A stretch of DNA of 64,000 nt, taken from NCBI GenBank assembly GCA_016618085.1, contig JABLTG010000032.1:1-64000 (forward strand), written 5' to 3'. How positions within the stretch are numbered: position 1 is the first letter of the stretch; every line of letters starts with the position of its first letter. Below, one piece after another: positions 60,444 through 64,000 of this stretch. The notes beneath the pieces are model-generated. The model was given only the letters and a program-made list of their open reading frames with translations. It ran no database searches and had not been told where the DNA came from. Made by a program: the position numbers and the translations under genes. The DNA comes from Neovahlkampfia damariscottae. Lineage: Eukaryota.

Positions 60444-61892
60444 TTACACTTTATTTTTCATTGAAGTTTTGTATCTTTCATCCATTTTTTCAATATCCAA
60501 ATCAACTAAAACTTTTCCATACATATCCATCGGTTTTCCATCTTCATTCATTTTGTTGAATTTTTCTTTGAAATCAGAAATTTTCACATTGTCAGGAAAT
60601 TTTGAACAGGTATCTAAAACACTTTTTCTTAAACCATTGGCTCTATTTTTCAGTACCATCTTCACAAAACTATCATTTGTTCCCCATCCTCCAATGTTTC
60701 CCAATGTGACTTCTTGAAATAGAGTTTTGTTTTCATCTATTTTTTGAAATTTCCTCATTGTGTAATCAAACATATACATAGCTTTTGTTGCTTTCTTTTT
60801 AGCAGTTCCTTTTTGTGATACTTTTATTTTTTCGAATGTTCCAAATTTTGAAAAATCTTCATTGTATGGTTTGAAAATACAATAAAGACTTTTGGTCTCT
60901 GGTTCATAATGAGCTGAAAATGCATGTCTAATGATTCTTGCATTGAACGGAAATCCAAAATATGCTTCTAAATTCGAAATCAAGTTAGTCCTTTGGCAAT
61001 TTTCCATTTGATATTTTGGTCCATTTTTTTTGAAATATTCATCCAACTCTTCATACGATTTATACCCAAGACAATCCATACCAACAGAATTAGGGTCAGA
61101 CATAATGGACTCGTCGCACATGAAAGATAACACTGCTTTATCAAAAGAAACAGGTAATGTGCATTCATATTTCGATGCTGTAGTGTTATGTGTAACCTCA
61201 GGTAGATAATTTTCTGTTGAAAAGTATGCATTTACCCATTGATCTTTATTGGTTGAAAGCAAATCCCAACTGAAAGAGTCTTCACAGACTAATTTTGCAA
61301 ATTCAACATCTTTATCAGTGACAAACCCACTTGAGAAATCAGAGTCTTTATAGTGGAAATTTTTGGTGATACATGGCGAAACAACAGTTGAATCTCTTTT
61401 GAATGATCTTATTGAATCATCACAGAGTTTTGTTCTGACGAATCTGTGAAACGAATCTTGATTTAGCTCTTCCTTTACTGAATAGAATATTTTTGAAAAT
61501 AGTTCATGTGGTTGCATTTCCAGTATCCATTTGTTCTTTTGTTTCTTTTGGAGCTCGAAATTTTCAATGACAAAATTCCTAGTTGATTCTGAAACATTCA
61601 CTTCATTGGGTGAGTCTTTTTTGACATATTTATCTATTATTTCTTCAATTTTTTTGATTTTTTCTGAATCTTTTTCTATCTGTTTCAATCTTTGAACCTC
61701 TTGCAAAAAATGATAAGGATCTGTGTTTTGTTCTGATTCAAGAAACTTTTCAAAAGCTTCAGCAATTTTCTTCTTTGTGAATACAGCAGAAAAGTGAATA
61801 ACAACTTGTTTTTTGTCAAAACTACTTCTTTTTGAACTGGACATAATTATTAATGGAGAAAATCCGATTGGTTCGGGCATTTCATCAGCCAT
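60444..61892 (-). CDS. RGS + START-like domain protein, copy 3
   Basis: Paralog of copy 1. Confidence 0.85.
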   Translation of the reverse strand: MADEMPEPIGFSPLIIMSSSKRSSFDKKQVVIHFSAVFTKKKIAEAFEKFLESEQNTDPYHFLQEVQRLKQIEKDSEKIKKIEEIIDKYVKKDSPNEVNVSESTRNFVIENFELQKKQKNKWILEMQPHELFSKIFYSVKEELNQDSFHRFVRTKLCDDSIRSFKRDSTVVSPCITKNFHYKDSDFSSGFVTDKDVEFAKLVCEDSFSWDLLSTNKDQWVNAYFSTENYLPEVTHNTTASKYECTLPVSFDKAVLSFMCDESIMSDPNSVGMDCLGYKSYEELDEYFKKNGPKYQMENCQRTNLISNLEAYFGFPFNARIIRHAFSAHYEPETKSLYCIFKPYNEDFSKFGTFEKIKVSQKGTAKKKATKAMYMFDYTMRKFQKIDENKTLFQEVTLGNIGGWGTNDSFVKMVLKNRANGLRKSVLDTCSKFPDNVKISDFKEKFNKMNEDGKPMDMYGKVLVDLDIEKMDERYKTSMKNKV

Positions 61893-62064
61893 AAAATTCC
61901 TAATTTGGAAAGAAAAATTGTTTAATTTGTTTTCTTGAATTTTTGTGGACCTTTTTTAGGCACCACAATATCCAATAAATTCAAAATTCCAAAATTATAA
62001 AACTAAAGATTTATTTTAATATTACGAAGAAAAATGGTTCTCATTTTGATTGTGTCATAATTAT

Positions 62065-63477
62065 TCAAAGTATTGATATTGAAGCAGATTTTCTGTTGGA
62101 TTCTTTTTTTAAAGTTTCTTCATATTCTTTATCCATTTTTTCAATATCCAAGTCAATCAACACTTTACCATACATATCCATTGGAGTTCCATTGTCATTC
62201 ATTTTACTGAATTTTTCTTTGAAATCAGAAATTTTAACATCATCAGAAAATCGTGAACAAGTTTCTAAAACACTTTTTCGTAAACCAGCAGCTCTTGATT
62301 TGACAATCATTTTTCCGAATCCTTCACCTTTTCCCCATCCTCCAACATTTCCTAAAGTTACTTCTTGATAAAGTGTTTTGTTTTCGTCCAATTTTTGAAA
62401 TTTCCTCAGAGTGAAATCAAACATATGCATTGCTTTTACCATTTTCTTTTTGTTGGTTCCTTTTTGAGAAAGTTCCATCTCTTCAAAAGTTCCAAATTTT
62501 GAGAAGTCATCAATATAAGGTTTAAAAATGCAATACAAAGTTTTTGTTTCAGGTTCATAATGTGCAGCAAAAGCTTGAGGAAGTACTCTCATATTAAAAG
62601 GAAATCCAAAAATAGCCTCCAAACAGGAAATCATATTCGTTCTTTTACATTTTTCCATTTGATTGTCCATTCCTTTTTTTTTAAAATAATCTTCCAGTTG
62701 TTCAGTCGTCATATGTCCTAAACATTTCATTCCTGCTGCATTAGGATCGGACATGATGGATTCATCACACATGAAAGCTAAAATAGCTTTATGAAAAGGA
62801 ACAGGTAAAGTAGATTCATATTTTGATGAATTTGTGGTATAATTTATATCTGGTAAGTAATTAGCACTGGAGAAATAAGCATTGACCCATTGATTCTTGT
62901 TGGAAGATAATAAATCCCATGTGAACGAATCATCGCATAATAATTTAGCAAATTCAATATCATTATCCGTAACAACACCAGTTGTAAAGCTTGAGTCTTT
63001 ATAATCAAATTTTTTTGTGACGTATGGTGAAACAACTGTCGAATCATTTCTATAGTTTTTAATTGCTGTATCACATAATTTTGTTCTAACAAATCTATGA
63101 AAAGAATCTTGACGTAATTCTTCATAAACTGAATAAAATATTTCAGAAAAAAGTTCTTCTGGTGATGTTTCCAAAACCCATTTTTCAGTTTCTTTTTCTT
63201 GTTGTTTAAAATTTTCCAACACATAACTCTTTGTTGTATCTGACACATTTACTTCTTTTGGTGAATTATGGACCACATAATTATCTATAATTTCTTTCAC
63301 TTTTTTAATTTTTTCTGAATCTTTTTCTACTTCTTTTAGTTTTTGAAGTGCAAATAAAAAATTCAACGGGTCAGTATTTTGTTCAGTTTCCAGAAACTTT
63401 TGAAAAGCCTCTCCAACTTTCTTGTTTGTAAAAACAGCCGTGAAGTGAATTATTATTTTAGTTTTGTCAAACGTCAT
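62065..63477 (-). CDS. RGS + START-like domain protein, copy 4
   Basis: Paralog of copy 1. Confidence 0.85.
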   Translation of the reverse strand: MTFDKTKIIIHFTAVFTNKKVGEAFQKFLETEQNTDPLNFLFALQKLKEVEKDSEKIKKVKEIIDNYVVHNSPKEVNVSDTTKSYVLENFKQQEKETEKWVLETSPEELFSEIFYSVYEELRQDSFHRFVRTKLCDTAIKNYRNDSTVVSPYVTKKFDYKDSSFTTGVVTDNDIEFAKLLCDDSFTWDLLSSNKNQWVNAYFSSANYLPDINYTTNSSKYESTLPVPFHKAILAFMCDESIMSDPNAAGMKCLGHMTTEQLEDYFKKKGMDNQMEKCKRTNMISCLEAIFGFPFNMRVLPQAFAAHYEPETKTLYCIFKPYIDDFSKFGTFEEMELSQKGTNKKKMVKAMHMFDFTLRKFQKLDENKTLYQEVTLGNVGGWGKGEGFGKMIVKSRAAGLRKSVLETCSRFSDDVKISDFKEKFSKMNDNGTPMDMYGKVLIDLDIEKMDKEYEETLKKESNRKSASISIL

Positions 63478-63561
63478 AATGAAGTGTCAAATTTGATAAT
63501 GATTGGTCCGGAAATAACAGTTTAGCTAAATAGGAAATTTTATGAGTGTTGTTTGAAATTT

Positions 63562-64000
63562 TTATTTCCACGAAGTTTTCAATGAATTTTGATATTCTTT
63601 ATCCATTTTTTCTATTTCTAAATCCAGCAACAATTTTCCGTACATGTCTGTTGGTTTGAAATTCTTATCAACAACGTTGAATTTTTCTTCAAAATCTGAA
63701 ATTTTAACATCATCAGAAAATCTTCCACAGCATTTTAATACACTTTTTCTGAGTCCCATAGCTCTTTCTTTGATCAACATTTTGCCAATTTTCTCACTGC
63801 TTACCCAACCACCCAATTGGGTGATCGTAATCTCTTGATAGATTGTTTTATGATCATCCAGATACTGAAATTTACGTACTGTAAAATCAAACATGTTCAT
63901 TGCTTTTACATTTTTTCTTTTGTTTTTACCCTTTTGCATTAAACTCATTTTTTCAAATTCACAAAATTTTGAAAAATCATCCAAATGAGGTTTAAATACA
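63562..64000 (-). CDS. RGS + START-like domain protein, copy 5 (3' part only)
   Basis: More divergent paralog of the C-terminal domain; truncated by the window edge. Confidence 0.8.
   Translation of the reverse strand, partial: VFKPHLDDFSKFCEFEKMSLMQKGKNKRKNVKAMNMFDFTVRKFQYLDDHKTIYQEITITQLGGWVSSEKIGKMLIKERAMGLRKSVLKCCGRFSDDVKISDFEEKFNVVDKNFKPTDMYGKLLLDLEIEKMDKEYQNSLKTSWK

Overview
AT-rich, very gene-dense eukaryotic nuclear DNA using the standard code, with GT-AG introns of about 28-45 nt. The gene content (RWP-RK, BTB-TLDc, expanded RGS proteins) suggests a free-living protist, possibly a heterolobosean amoeba; this is an inference. I find about 40 protein genes, one tRNA-Arg(UCG) and one assembly gap. 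Main discovery: a 527-aa full-length intein (17946-19526) with a LAGLIDADG homing endonuclease. It is recognisably similar along its length to the yeast VMA1 intein PI-SceI/VDE, is inserted into the catalytic YxQ glutamine finger of a TBC1D15/Gyp7-like Rab-GAP, and carries an extra HTH-like insert. The ORF track misses several other signals: a DsbA/FrnE selenoprotein (UxxC) with a canonical 3'UTR SECIS, a 59-aa metallothionein, two back-to-back introns with a zero-length exon, and a ~1 kb degenerate TIR element carrying a frameshifted retropepsin. Also notable are head-to-head functional gene pairs (DHODH/UMPS and Atg17/TRAPPC8) and a tandem RGS-START-like array. Exon boundaries and family calls were made by eye; no searches were run.
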